Shown piece after piece: positions 26,594-36,088 of a stretch of 64,000 bases of DNA. The notes under the pieces are model-generated. The model saw only the letters and a list, made by a program, of their open reading frames with translations, was not told where the DNA came from and did not search any database. Source of the DNA: an uncultured Pseudomonadaceae bacterium. Its GTDB lineage: Bacteria > Pseudomonadota > Gammaproteobacteria > Pseudomonadales > Pseudomonadaceae. Positions within the stretch are counted from its first letter, which is position 1, and the number at the start of each line of letters is the position of its first letter. The DNA is taken from NCBI GenBank assembly GCA_937876625.1, contig CALEGN010000311.1, positions 3,454-67,453 of the forward strand. The letters are read 5' to 3'. The translations under genes and the position numbers were made by a program.

Positions 26594-29500
26594 GAACATC
26601 AAGAACACTGCAATCACTGCAGCCGGCTACATTTACCAGAATCGGCAGGGCCTCAAGGTTCTATGCGATTGGCTCGACGCGCCGGCTCGCTACAGTCGGG
26701 TGAAATTCGAGTGCGACGACGAAACAGAAGCGCCGCAGGGGCTGGACGATCTCGTCATCGAGCGGAGTGATGGCCTCGTTGACCTTCAGCAGGTCAAATT
26801 CACCCCGAATCCTGAGGCACATCCTCTTTCCTGGGATTGGATGCTCGAGAAGTCCGGCAAGACCGACCGGTCGAGGTCGATGCTTCGTAAGTGGTTCGAC
26901 GCTTTCAAGAAGCTCGATCCCGCGCGCATTGGCGAGCTCTCGCTCACAACAAACCGCCGGCCGGATGCCGCCATTGAGGCCTGTTTGGATGCTGGCAGGA
27001 TTTCCTTCGCCAAGATCCCTGAGCCACAGCGCTCGGAGGTCATCGCAGAGATTGGCAGCGCAGAAGAGTGCGAGGTTTTCTTCAGCCAGTTGCGCATCCG
27101 GCACAGCGACAAGGGATACGTTGCGCTGGAGCACGAAGTCGCTTCGCGCCTTCGGCTGCATGGCACCGCTGAAGGTATCGCGAACCTCAAGGTCGTGGCC
27201 CTGAACTGGGCAACGCAGAAGAGTCTCCCGGCTCCTGATGGCTGGATCACTCTGGAAGAGGTTCGTGCCATCCTCAGGGCGTTGCCGCCTGCGCCTCTGC
27301 CAGAGGACTTTGTGGTCCCGAAGGGGTACGAGGTGCCCGATGCGACGTTCCACGAGGAGTTCGTCCGGGACGCGATCAATGCTGCTGGCAAGGCGATCGT
27401 TCTGACGGGACCGCCCGGCCGTGGAAAGAGCACTTATCTGAGCGCGCTGTGCGACTCTCTCGCCGAACAAGGCATCCCGACGGTCCGCCATCACTACTTT
27501 CTCTCGACGACAGAGCGTGGGCGTGACCGGGTGAACAGCTACGTGATCGAGCAATCCATCAGCGCGCAGGTCGAGCAGTTTCACGAGGGCGTCGCGAGGG
27601 GGCCTGGGGGGCTGCGTGTGCTCCTGGAGGCGAGCGCCTCCCACTACAAGGGGCTGGGCAAGCCCTTCGTGCTCGTCCTAGATGGTTTGGATCACGTCTG
27701 GCGCATCAACGCTCACGACAAGCGGCCGTTGGACGACCTTTTTTCCCAACTGATCCCTTGCCCGGACAACATGGTACTGCTCGTCGGCACTCAACCTGTG
27801 GATGACGCCCAGTTGCCGACGGATCTGCTCGCCTCAGCTCCGAAGGTCGAGTGGCGCACGTTGCCCGCGATGTCTGAGAACGCAGTCCTTTCCTTCCTTC
27901 GTAGGGCGGTTAAAGAGGGCAGGCTCACGACAGGCTGCGAGAATGAGAGACAGGCTGAAGAACAACTACAAGATGCAGCATCCGCGCTCCGCTCAAGAAC
28001 CAATGGCCACCCCCTTCATGTTATTTACGCGGCTGCAGAGCTAGAGCATGCAGGGCGAAATCTGTCCCGCTGGGATGTTGAGAAGTTGAAAGGGGATCTG
28101 AGCCAAGATGCCAAGTTCTACTATGCATCGTTGTGGGAGAGGCTTCCACCAAGCCTGAAGGACGTGCTGCGGCTCGTCTGCGCCTTCCCGTTTTTCTGGC
28201 CGAAAACTGCGTTTTCTGAGATAGCTTCTGCAATCAAGATGACGGTGCCCGAAGTTGGGAGCGTGGAGCATCTGCTTCATTCATCAGCAGCAGGACTGAA
28301 GGTCTTCCACGAGAGTCTGGCGGTCTTCGTGCGCTCGACAGCAGACTACGAAGCACGTATCACGGAGCTGATGCCAGTGGTCGCGCGCTGGCTCGAGTGC
28401 TCTGCTCCCACCTCGCTACGCGTCAACTGGCTATGGACGGTTCAAGCGAAGCTGGGTGCCCCCAAGAACCTCATCACGGGGCTCACCCGTGACTGGATCA
28501 TGCTGCGGCTTGAGGAAGGGTACCCAGAGTCGTTGTTTGACACCTTGCTATCAGATGCCTTGGTTGCAGCGCTCCAGACTGCCGAATTCGCAGATGCTTA
28601 TCGTCTGCTGCATCTCAAGGCCCGGATGGTTGGTGGCAGCGAGTACCAGATGCAGAGCGACGATCTGGCCAGGCTCATCTCCTTCACGTTGACGCTAGCT
28701 GTGGAGGAAGGCGTAGTACGTGAGGCCGTTGCCTCCAGACATGAGACTGACATCCTGCACGTTGCCGCGCTTGGGCTGGCCCTGCGCGCTCGTGGGGACC
28801 AGATTTTTGCTGAAACATGCGGTGAAGAGGCGCTTCGTCGGTTCAGGGGCTTGAGCCGATTCTCCAGCAGATACGTGTCGGGCACTGGAGCTGATGAGCT
28901 CAAGTTCCTAGTCGACGCATTCGCTCGACTTGGCGCCATCGGTGCCACTCCTGAGTCGCTCGCCAGGTTGGTGGTTGATAACAGCCCGGTCGTTTGGCTG
29001 CCTCGTGTCCAGATGCTGGTAGAGGAGGGCAACCTGGATGACTTGATGACGGTTGTTGCTTCGCTTTCCAGAGGGGAGAGAAAGAACATCATTAGTGATG
29101 CCTGTGTACGTGCGGCAGCGAAGGCGGGAGTAAGTATTGCAGAGCGCGATGACTTCAACGAGCTTGCCCGAACTCCCTTTGTTGCTGCCGTGGAGGCGGT
29201 GCTCACACGTTCCTCCAAACCGCTGAATGAGCCGATCCCTGTGGAGTGGCTGAAGGGCGACTACTCCGAGCGCAAGGAAGATCTGGCGGCACTCGCGCAC
29301 CACTGGTTCTTCAGCGCTGTGCATCTGGGTCTGTGCATGGCCGCAGAGGGCCAGACTGCCTTCGAGTATGCGCGAGCCCCAATCTATGAAGGCAGAGAAA
29401 ATATAACCGGCTTCCTCGATGCGCTCTCTGATGTCGCTGCCCAAGTTGCGCTTCGCTGGTGGCGCGGAGAGTTTGTGGATTTCCATGAGCTTTTCGCGCT

Positions 29501-31010
29501 GCTTGAGCCAGTAGAGTTCCGATGGTTCAGGCAGAGCCATGACTGGAGTTGGGCGGCTGATGATTTCAGACGGGCATTGCCTTGCATCGCTTGTGACATC
29601 TACCTCGGTAGCACCTTGCTGAAGGGGTGTGATGATGTAGATATGACTGCGGAAACCATGCATGCAGCAGGCCAGTGTGTCTGGTTTGACGGAGCATCAT
29701 TCTGCGCTCAGTACGCAGCCAGCACACTTACTCGAATGACCGACGAAGCGGCTGCGATGCTTGTTCAGTCGCAACGATCATTATTTGATGAGGACGTTGA
29801 GGAGGAGACCAGTGTTCGCCTCCAGACGCCGTTGCAGCTTTGCGCGATTGCGCTGGCTCACAATTTGATGCCGGAAGCGCGAGAACTCTGTAAGCAGACT
29901 TGGGAGTTAACTACCGGCTTTGCACACCGTAAAGACCCGTCGCTGAACAACACAGTTAACGCAATCGGCTACCTGGTAGACGTTGCGCCAGCGGATGCCT
30001 GCCGGTTGCTCGGTATGATCGCGCCGCAGATCCATCATGTTCTGAAGTACACGGATGGAAAGGGCACGCGTCATGTTCTGGCGCAGGCTGATCGGTTGCT
30101 GGCGAAGCTGAAGCCTGCGGCACTGGTAATCAAATATGAGGAGCACACGCACGAGGGCGACTGGTCGCTGGCAGAGGACAGTCTGCAAGCATACGTGGAG
30201 CAGGGGGTAAAGGAGGGTTGGTCTCTGGATGCACTGATGCGTACAGGGCTCCACTCTGGAATACAGGATACACTTCAGCAACTGGCTCAAGAAGGCAGTG
30301 CAATCGCTGCAAAGCAGCTCCAAGTTCTCCAAGAGTATGCCGGTTGGGATCTGGGTTTATTGAGGCATCAAGAGCGTTCTGGAAGTGGCCTAGATGGCAA
30401 GCCTTATGATGGCGACGTCACGACCTTTACGCCCGAACAACTGAATGAGCTGCTCGCTAGTTTGTCAGGGAGTAACTACGGCGAGCGCGATGAGCTTCTT
30501 CGTGCCTGGTATCTGCACTGGGAAGCTCAAGGCCAGGGCAGGAGATTACTCGGTACACTCGACGACCTGCTTCTCTCAGAAGAGGGACGGCAAAAGGACG
30601 TACTGGTCTTATCCGATCTTGCCTTCCACACTCGGCGCAGGCTGAGCGGAGTGAAAGCAGCATGGAAGTATCTTGTCCGTGCTCAGATCCTGAGCGGCGG
30701 GTGGATCGGTTATATGGAGCATGAGGCCAAGACCTGTAGCAGGCTTGACCTGGTTGTTAAGCACTATCCGACGCGCTGCGACGAGTTCGTTGTCGAGACA
30801 ACCTATGGCATGTTCAAGGACCCGGTGCCGTCGCGTGTCGCACCCAACGATGCGATGGTCTATTTCTATGTGCGGCAGGGGCGAACTGAGAAAGCCGTGA
30901 GGTTTGCAGAGACTATGGTCAATTGCATCATTGAGGATACTCGTACCCTCCCACTTGAGCCCCCTCGCTGGGCGACTGAGCTGGCCTTGCCCTCCATGTC
31001 GGAGGTTTGA
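26586..31010 (+). CDS. Cargo gene B: 1474-aa Cap4/DUF4297-like nuclease + STAND (NACHT-like) NTPase + long helical C-terminal region
   Basis: ATG 26586 overlaps the gene A stop (ATGTCTGA). N-terminus: AAGYIYQNRQG...VKFECDDE...DDLVIERSDGLVDLQQVKF (GYxYQ / E / DD / QxK pattern). Walker A LTGPPGRGKST (27408-27434). Walker B FVLVLDGLDHV (27666-27695). About 1100 further residues are helical with no obvious repeat family. Confidence 0.85.
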   Translation: MSENIKNTAITAAGYIYQNRQGLKVLCDWLDAPARYSRVKFECDDETEAPQGLDDLVIERSDGLVDLQQVKFTPNPEAHPLSWDWMLEKSGKTDRSRSMLRKWFDAFKKLDPARIGELSLTTNRRPDAAIEACLDAGRISFAKIPEPQRSEVIAEIGSAEECEVFFSQLRIRHSDKGYVALEHEVASRLRLHGTAEGIANLKVVALNWATQKSLPAPDGWITLEEVRAILRALPPAPLPEDFVVPKGYEVPDATFHEEFVRDAINAAGKAIVLTGPPGRGKSTYLSALCDSLAEQGIPTVRHHYFLSTTERGRDRVNSYVIEQSISAQVEQFHEGVARGPGGLRVLLEASASHYKGLGKPFVLVLDGLDHVWRINAHDKRPLDDLFSQLIPCPDNMVLLVGTQPVDDAQLPTDLLASAPKVEWRTLPAMSENAVLSFLRRAVKEGRLTTGCENERQAEEQLQDAASALRSRTNGHPLHVIYAAAELEHAGRNLSRWDVEKLKGDLSQDAKFYYASLWERLPPSLKDVLRLVCAFPFFWPKTAFSEIASAIKMTVPEVGSVEHLLHSSAAGLKVFHESLAVFVRSTADYEARITELMPVVARWLECSAPTSLRVNWLWTVQAKLGAPKNLITGLTRDWIMLRLEEGYPESLFDTLLSDALVAALQTAEFADAYRLLHLKARMVGGSEYQMQSDDLARLISFTLTLAVEEGVVREAVASRHETDILHVAALGLALRARGDQIFAETCGEEALRRFRGLSRFSSRYVSGTGADELKFLVDAFARLGAIGATPESLARLVVDNSPVVWLPRVQMLVEEGNLDDLMTVVASLSRGERKNIISDACVRAAAKAGVSIAERDDFNELARTPFVAAVEAVLTRSSKPLNEPIPVEWLKGDYSERKEDLAALAHHWFFSAVHLGLCMAAEGQTAFEYARAPIYEGRENITGFLDALSDVAAQVALRWWRGEFVDFHELFALLEPVEFRWFRQSHDWSWAADDFRRALPCIACDIYLGSTLLKGCDDVDMTAETMHAAGQCVWFDGASFCAQYAASTLTRMTDEAAAMLVQSQRSLFDEDVEEETSVRLQTPLQLCAIALAHNLMPEARELCKQTWELTTGFAHRKDPSLNNTVNAIGYLVDVAPADACRLLGMIAPQIHHVLKYTDGKGTRHVLAQADRLLAKLKPAALVIKYEEHTHEGDWSLAEDSLQAYVEQGVKEGWSLDALMRTGLHSGIQDTLQQLAQEGSAIAAKQLQVLQEYAGWDLGLLRHQERSGSGLDGKPYDGDVTTFTPEQLNELLASLSGSNYGERDELLRAWYLHWEAQGQGRRLLGTLDDLLLSEEGRQKDVLVLSDLAFHTRRRLSGVKAAWKYLVRAQILSGGWIGYMEHEAKTCSRLDLVVKHYPTRCDEFVVETTYGMFKDPVPSRVAPNDAMVYFYVRQGRTEKAVRFAETMVNCIIEDTRTLPLEPPRWATELALPSMSEV

Positions 31011-32452
31011 TGGACGAGCTTCGCATTCTTGTTGCCCGCCTCGGATGGCCTTCTACGTCCGCACGGTGGTGGGCTATGCAGGAGCTGGCGGCCTGGCTGG
31101 GCTTTCCTGCTATGCGGGCCGAAACTGAGGCTGCGTTGTTTCAGTTGTTGCGCTCGCGCAAGCTTGAAGCCGAGGTTATCGAAGCTCTCTGCATCTTCTG
31201 GATGGCAGCACAGGGACATGGCTACTCACCTGCACTAGAGCTTGCCGATAGCATCCCGAAGCCATCCCTGCTTTCAGACTTGCTTGTGGCGGATCTTGGG
31301 CTGCCGATTCAGGCTGGCGATATGGGCTTGAAGGAGGTGCCTCATGACTTTGTAGTTCCAGATGACTTCGATGGTGTGCAAGGCGTCGATTTGCCAAGAA
31401 TTTTCCATACGTCCATGAGCAGGCTCGAGCACTATTCTGGACTTCCTTTCGTCCGGCAGATGGCTTTTGAGTGGACTGAGAATCGAGCAGCTTATCCAGA
31501 TGTGCCATACCAAGGGGACATGCGGCACTTCACGCTACCACTCGGTAACGGTTTTAGTGTCCATCTTTCTGCGCGCGCAGCCCTTCGCGCCATTTCTGCG
31601 TACCTTCGTACTCTGGCAGTGGCAAGGCAGTTTTGGGAAATGCCGACAGGATTGGCTCATGAAGAGTCGCTTTTGGCCCTGCCGCTCCATCCGACTCTGG
31701 CTTTACTTAGGCCGCAGCGCCCGGACTGGTTCCCAGCATCGAGAGGGCTCGATGGGGATGCTGAGTCAGTCGAAGCTGCAATTCGAGCACTCCCTGCTCG
31801 TATTGGGGCAGTTCGTCCGGGTGACGAGCTCATCGCTTTCAGCTCGCCAATCGTGATATCTGAGGAACGATGTGTAGAGGTTTCCCTCGTGCGGTGGTCG
31901 CAGGCTGCTGGTAGTAGCGTTAACGATGCGGATTTGGCTGCGTATCTCGATGCTTTCTGGATGCGTGGGCCGATGTTCTCCAGCGCAGCGTCAGATCCTC
32001 TCAATACAATCACCATGGTAGTTCCAGCAGCTCTCGAACGACTGATGGATGACAGCTGCCAGGCTTGGCCTTTGGCTGGAGCGCTCGGCTACGAGCGGAT
32101 GGGATATCTCCAGCATGATTTATATCCATCGCGGCTCTTCTTCCCGACGATGTCTGGTTTGCATGAGCTTGAGATCACACCTCGTGATGGGCAGCTAGAA
32201 GTCAAGGTAGAGGGTCAGGTTGTTGCTGATCTTTGCTATTGGAACGCAGGGTGGGGGCCAGCACGACCAAGGCAGCTTGGTGGAAATTGTGGGACGGCAC
32301 TCACCTCTCGAGGCACGGCCTACCGCGAGGGAGCTGGTTCTGAAAAAGGACCGCTGCGCGCGTTCTATCTTTGGCAGGTGCGTACGCTGCACCGTAGCAG
32401 CAGCTTTGGCGAGTTCAGCGAAACACTAGCGACTGGCGCAATATTCGTTTAG
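31010..32452 (+). CDS. Cargo gene C: 480-aa uncharacterised protein
   Basis: ATG 31010 shares one nt with the gene B stop (TGATG). Uninterrupted 480 codons in the same compositional regime as A and B. No motif I can assign. Confidence 0.8.
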   Translation: MDELRILVARLGWPSTSARWWAMQELAAWLGFPAMRAETEAALFQLLRSRKLEAEVIEALCIFWMAAQGHGYSPALELADSIPKPSLLSDLLVADLGLPIQAGDMGLKEVPHDFVVPDDFDGVQGVDLPRIFHTSMSRLEHYSGLPFVRQMAFEWTENRAAYPDVPYQGDMRHFTLPLGNGFSVHLSARAALRAISAYLRTLAVARQFWEMPTGLAHEESLLALPLHPTLALLRPQRPDWFPASRGLDGDAESVEAAIRALPARIGAVRPGDELIAFSSPIVISEERCVEVSLVRWSQAAGSSVNDADLAAYLDAFWMRGPMFSSAASDPLNTITMVVPAALERLMDDSCQAWPLAGALGYERMGYLQHDLYPSRLFFPTMSGLHELEITPRDGQLEVKVEGQVVADLCYWNAGWGPARPRQLGGNCGTALTSRGTAYREGAGSEKGPLRAFYLWQVRTLHRSSSFGEFSETLATGAIFV

Positions 32453-32648
32453 TTCGCTCGCTGTAGGCTGATAACGCCGAGCCGCATCGCCACCTGGAGT
32501 TCGGCACGCATCGATCAGGCGGCCATCGTGGGGGCAGATAGTGGAGATCGAGACAGGCAATATTGATCTTACTTGTACGTTTTTAGAGGAAGGGGGTTTT
32601 ACGCTATCCCCCTGCTCCCAAGGGCTCGGAAGCTGCCTGGTCATTAAT

Positions 32649-32868
32649 AGGATGAAACTTTATTTTCACGATTTTCGGCGTTGACCGAAAATCAGGATGG
32701 TACTTTAACGCCTTTGATCGTCACCCCGGCAAAGGCGCGGTGAAGTACCTGATCATGCTTTTTAGTCGTGTAAGTCATTGTTTTTAAACATTTGTCTGAG
32801 GATTAAACGCTCATCGTGATTCCCCATCTGCTCCCAGCGTTAGGATGAGATTTTATTTTCATCCCACA
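32649..32868 (-). repeat. Tn7-type left end with dispersed TnsB-site repeats
   Basis: AGGATGAAACTTTATTTTCA (32649-32668), degenerate AGGATGGTACTTTAACGCC (32694-32712), and terminal AGGATGAGATTTTATTTTCATCCCACA (32842-32868). Three spaced sites are typical of a Tn7L-type end. Confidence 0.8.
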
Positions 32869-32873
32869 ACTGT

Positions 32874-32900
32874 TGTGGGATGAAAATAAAGTTTCACTCC
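32874..32900 (+). repeat. Solo Tn7-type end (relic) abutting the transposon left end
   Basis: TGTGGGATGAAAATAAAGTTTCACTCC lies 5 nt (ACTGT) beyond the transposon terminus in inverted orientation. No further sites or tns genes follow it; the glyQ promoter region comes next. Confidence 0.6.
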
Positions 32901-32996
32901 ACAGCACAGACCAGCCCAATGACAGCCGCCCGCTGCCCTGCAAATGCGCCGGCTCCAGATATCCGGCAATCAGGTATACTCCCGGAATTTCTGCCG

Positions 32997-33965
32997 ATGT
33001 CCTGCACAGGTGAACTCTTGACTCAGACTACGCCCGCCGTGCGCACCTTCCAAGACCTTATTCTCGCCCTGCAGCATTACTGGGCCGGACAGGGCTGCGT
33101 GGTGCTGCAGCCCTACGACATGGAGATGGGCGCAGGTACTTTTCATACCGCTACCTTCCTGCGGGCCATCGGCCCGGAGACTTGGAATGCAGCCTATGTC
33201 CAGCCCTCCCGCCGCCCGGCTGATGGCCGTTATGGCGAAAACCCCAACCGCCTGCAGCATTACTACCAGTTCCAGGTAGTACTCAAGCCCAATCCGGAGA
33301 ATATCCAGGAGCTGTATCTGGGCTCACTGCGGGCCATCGGCATTGATCCGCTGGTTCACGATATCCGTTTTGTCGAGGACAACTGGGAATCGCCAACCCT
33401 GGGTGCCTGGGGGCTGGGCTGGGAGGTCTGGCTCAACGGCATGGAAGTCACCCAGTTCACCTACTTCCAGCAGGTGGGCGGTATCGAATGCTATCCGGTG
33501 ACCGGGGAAATTACCTACGGGCTGGAGCGGCTGGCCATGTACCTGCAGGGTGTGGACTCGGTCTATGACCTGATCTATTCGGATGGTCCCTTTGGCCAGG
33601 TGACCTATGGCGATGTGTTTCACCAGAACGAGGTGGAGCAGTCGACCTACAACTTCGAGCATGCCAACGTGACCCGGCTGTTCGAGCTGTTCGATTTTTA
33701 CGAGAGCGAGGCCAACCGGCTGATTGACCTGCAGCTGCCCCTGCCCACTTACGAAATGGTGGTCAAGGCCTCGCACACCTTCAACCTGCTGGATGCCCGC
33801 CGGGCCATCTCGGTTACCGAGCGGCAGCGTTATATTCTCCGGGTCCGTACCCTGGCCCGTGCCGTGGCCCAGAGCTACCTGCAGGCCCGGGCCCGGCTGG
33901 GCTTCCCCATGGCCCCCCCGCAACTGCGTGATGAAGTACTGGCCCGGCTGGAGGCCGATCAATGA
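32997..33965 (+). CDS. glyQ: Glycine--tRNA ligase alpha subunit
   Basis: [18 protein letters not shown]...[28 protein letters not shown]...[24 protein letters not shown] is near-identical in pattern to E. coli GlyQ. Start ATG 32997 (TTG near 33017 also possible). The track start at 32880 lies inside the Tn7 end relic and is rejected. Confidence 0.93.
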   Translation: MSCTGELLTQTTPAVRTFQDLILALQHYWAGQGCVVLQPYDMEMGAGTFHTATFLRAIGPETWNAAYVQPSRRPADGRYGENPNRLQHYYQFQVVLKPNPENIQELYLGSLRAIGIDPLVHDIRFVEDNWESPTLGAWGLGWEVWLNGMEVTQFTYFQQVGGIECYPVTGEITYGLERLAMYLQGVDSVYDLIYSDGPFGQVTYGDVFHQNEVEQSTYNFEHANVTRLFELFDFYESEANRLIDLQLPLPTYEMVVKASHTFNLLDARRAISVTERQRYILRVRTLARAVAQSYLQARARLGFPMAPPQLRDEVLARLEADQ

Positions 33966-36016
33966 ATACCCAGGATTTCCTTGTTGAGCTCGGTACCGAA
34001 GAGCTGCCACCCAAAGCCCTGAAAAGTCTGGGCGATGCCTTTCTGGCCGGCGTGGAGAAAGGCCTGCAGGATGCCGGGCTGGATTATGCCTTTGCCCGGA
34101 TGTATGCCGCGCCGCGGCGGCTGGCCGTTCAGGTTACGGCCCTGCGGACACAGCAGCCGGACCGGACTATCAGCCTGGATGGCCCGCCACTGGCTGCAGC
34201 CTTTGATGATGAAGGCCAGCCAACCCAGGCCGCACTGGGCTTTGCCCGCAAGTGCGGGGTGGATCTGGCAGAAATTGACCGCAGCGGCCCCAAACTCAAA
34301 TTCAGCCAGAGCATTGCCGGGCAGCCAGCCGCAGCCCTGCTGCCCGGTATTGTAGACAGCGCCCTTGCCAGTCTGCCGATTCCCAAGCGGATGCGCTGGG
34401 CGGCCCGCAAGGAGGAGTTTGTCCGGCCAACCCAGTGGCTGGTGATGCTGCTCGGCAACGAGGTGGTGGACTGCGAAATTCTGGCCCGGCGAGCCGGACG
34501 GACTTCCCGGGGCCACCGGTTCCATCATCCGGACGAAGTCCGGATCAGCAGCCCGTCCAGCTATGCCGAAGACCTGCGCTCGGCCTATGTGCTGGCCGAT
34601 TTTTTTGAGCGCCGGGACCGGATTGCCCGGGGCGTCGAAAAACTGGCCCAGGAGCAGAAGGGCCGGGCCGTGGTGCCGCCGGCCCTGCTGGACGAGGTCA
34701 CGGCGCTGGTGGAATGGCCGGTGCCGCTGGTCTGTACCTTCGAGGAACGCTTCCTGGCTGTTCCCCAGGAGGCCCTGATCTCCACCATGCAGGACAACCA
34801 GAAGTATTTCTGCCTGCTGGACGAATTTGGCAAGCTGCTGCCGCGTTTTATTACCGTAGCCAACCTGGAAAGCCGGGAACCGGCGCAGATCGTGGCCGGT
34901 AACGAGAAAGTGGTACGGCCGCGCCTGACCGATGCTGAGTTCTTCTTTAACCAGGACCAGAAGCAGTCGCTGGAAAGCTTTAACCAGCGCCTGGATAACG
35001 TGGTGTTCCAGGCCCAGCTGGGTAGTGTCTACGAAAAGGCCGAACGGGTTTCCCGGCTGGCCGGCTGGATTGCCGGTCAGATCGGCGCCGATCCGGCCCT
35101 GGCCAGCCGGGCCGGGCTGCTCTCCAAATGCGATCTGGCCACGGAAATGGTCGGTGAATTTCCGGAAATGCAGGGAATTGCCGGCTATTACTACGCGCTG
35201 AACGATGGCGAGCCGGAAGACGTGGCCAGGGCCCTGAATGAGCAGTACATGCCCCGGGGCTCGGGTGCCGGACTGCCTGAGACCCTGACCGGCGCCGCCG
35301 TGGCCATTGCCGACAAGCTGGATACCCTGGTGGGCATCTTCGGTATCGGCATGCCGCCAACCGGCAGCAAGGATCCCTATGCCCTGCGCCGGGCAGCACT
35401 GGGCATCCTGCGCATCCTGATCGAAAAAGGCCTGGACCTGGATCTGGCCCGGGCCGCAGATTTTGCGGTCAGCCAGTATGGCGAGCGGGTACGCGCCCAG
35501 GGACTGGCCAGCCAGGTGGTGGAGTTTGTCTTCGACCGGCTGCGGGCCCGCTATGAAGATGAGGGCATCCAGGCCCAAGTCTACCTGGCCGTACGGGCCG
35601 TCCAGCCCGCCTCGGCACTGGACTTTGACCAGCGGGTGCAGGCCGTGCAGGCGTTTCGCCGCCTGCCGGAGGCCGAAGCACTGGCAGCGGCCAACAAGCG
35701 GGTCTCCAACCTGCTGGACAAATACCAGGGTCCGCTGCCGGCTAGCGTGGAGCCCCGCTTTTTTGACAATGCCACCGAATTCTCGCTGTATTCGGCCATC
35801 AACCAGGCAGACGACAGCGTGGTGCCACTGGCCAGGGCCCGCCACTACCGGGAAGCCCTGGAGCGGCTGGCCAGCCTGCGCGGGCCGGTCGATGCCTTCT
35901 TTGAATCGGTGCTGGTCAATGCCGAAGACCCGGCCGCCCGGGCCAACCGCTATGCCTTGCTGGCCAGGCTACGCAACCTGTTCCTGGGTGTAGCGGATAT
36001 TTCCGTGCTGGACTGA
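33962..36016 (+). CDS. glyS: Glycine--tRNA ligase beta subunit
   Basis: 684 aa, ATGA-coupled to glyQ. Conserved GlyS blocks ([33 protein letters not shown]). Confidence 0.97.
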   Translation: MNTQDFLVELGTEELPPKALKSLGDAFLAGVEKGLQDAGLDYAFARMYAAPRRLAVQVTALRTQQPDRTISLDGPPLAAAFDDEGQPTQAALGFARKCGVDLAEIDRSGPKLKFSQSIAGQPAAALLPGIVDSALASLPIPKRMRWAARKEEFVRPTQWLVMLLGNEVVDCEILARRAGRTSRGHRFHHPDEVRISSPSSYAEDLRSAYVLADFFERRDRIARGVEKLAQEQKGRAVVPPALLDEVTALVEWPVPLVCTFEERFLAVPQEALISTMQDNQKYFCLLDEFGKLLPRFITVANLESREPAQIVAGNEKVVRPRLTDAEFFFNQDQKQSLESFNQRLDNVVFQAQLGSVYEKAERVSRLAGWIAGQIGADPALASRAGLLSKCDLATEMVGEFPEMQGIAGYYYALNDGEPEDVARALNEQYMPRGSGAGLPETLTGAAVAIADKLDTLVGIFGIGMPPTGSKDPYALRRAALGILRILIEKGLDLDLARAADFAVSQYGERVRAQGLASQVVEFVFDRLRARYEDEGIQAQVYLAVRAVQPASALDFDQRVQAVQAFRRLPEAEALAAANKRVSNLLDKYQGPLPASVEPRFFDNATEFSLYSAINQADDSVVPLARARHYREALERLASLRGPVDAFFESVLVNAEDPAARANRYALLARLRNLFLGVADISVLD

Positions 36017-36088
36017 ACCCCGGCGGGTGGCTCCGGCCTCTGCCGGAGCTGCCCTGCAGGGATTTTTCCGGCCCGCCAGGACACGTTC

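Larger units (their letters stand above)
13664..32868 (+). mobile_element. Tn7-family transposon (tnsABCDE) inserted at attTn7 downstream of glmS; 19205 bp
   Basis: Begins TGTGGGATGTAAATAAAG 24 nt after the glmS stop and ends ...CTCATCCT/TTTATTTTCATCCCACA in inverted orientation. All five Tns proteins are strongly similar to Tn7 TnsA-E. Tns genes are at the glmS-proximal (right) end as in Tn7. Confidence 0.9.

Noticed and set aside
32880-32996. Upstream extension of the glyQ ORF (track start ATG 32880, [10 protein letters not shown]...).
   Set aside because: The ATG lies inside the solo Tn7-type end (TGTGGGATGAAAATAAAG). The extension has no counterpart in GlyQ homologues, whose alignment begins around ...[14 protein letters not shown].
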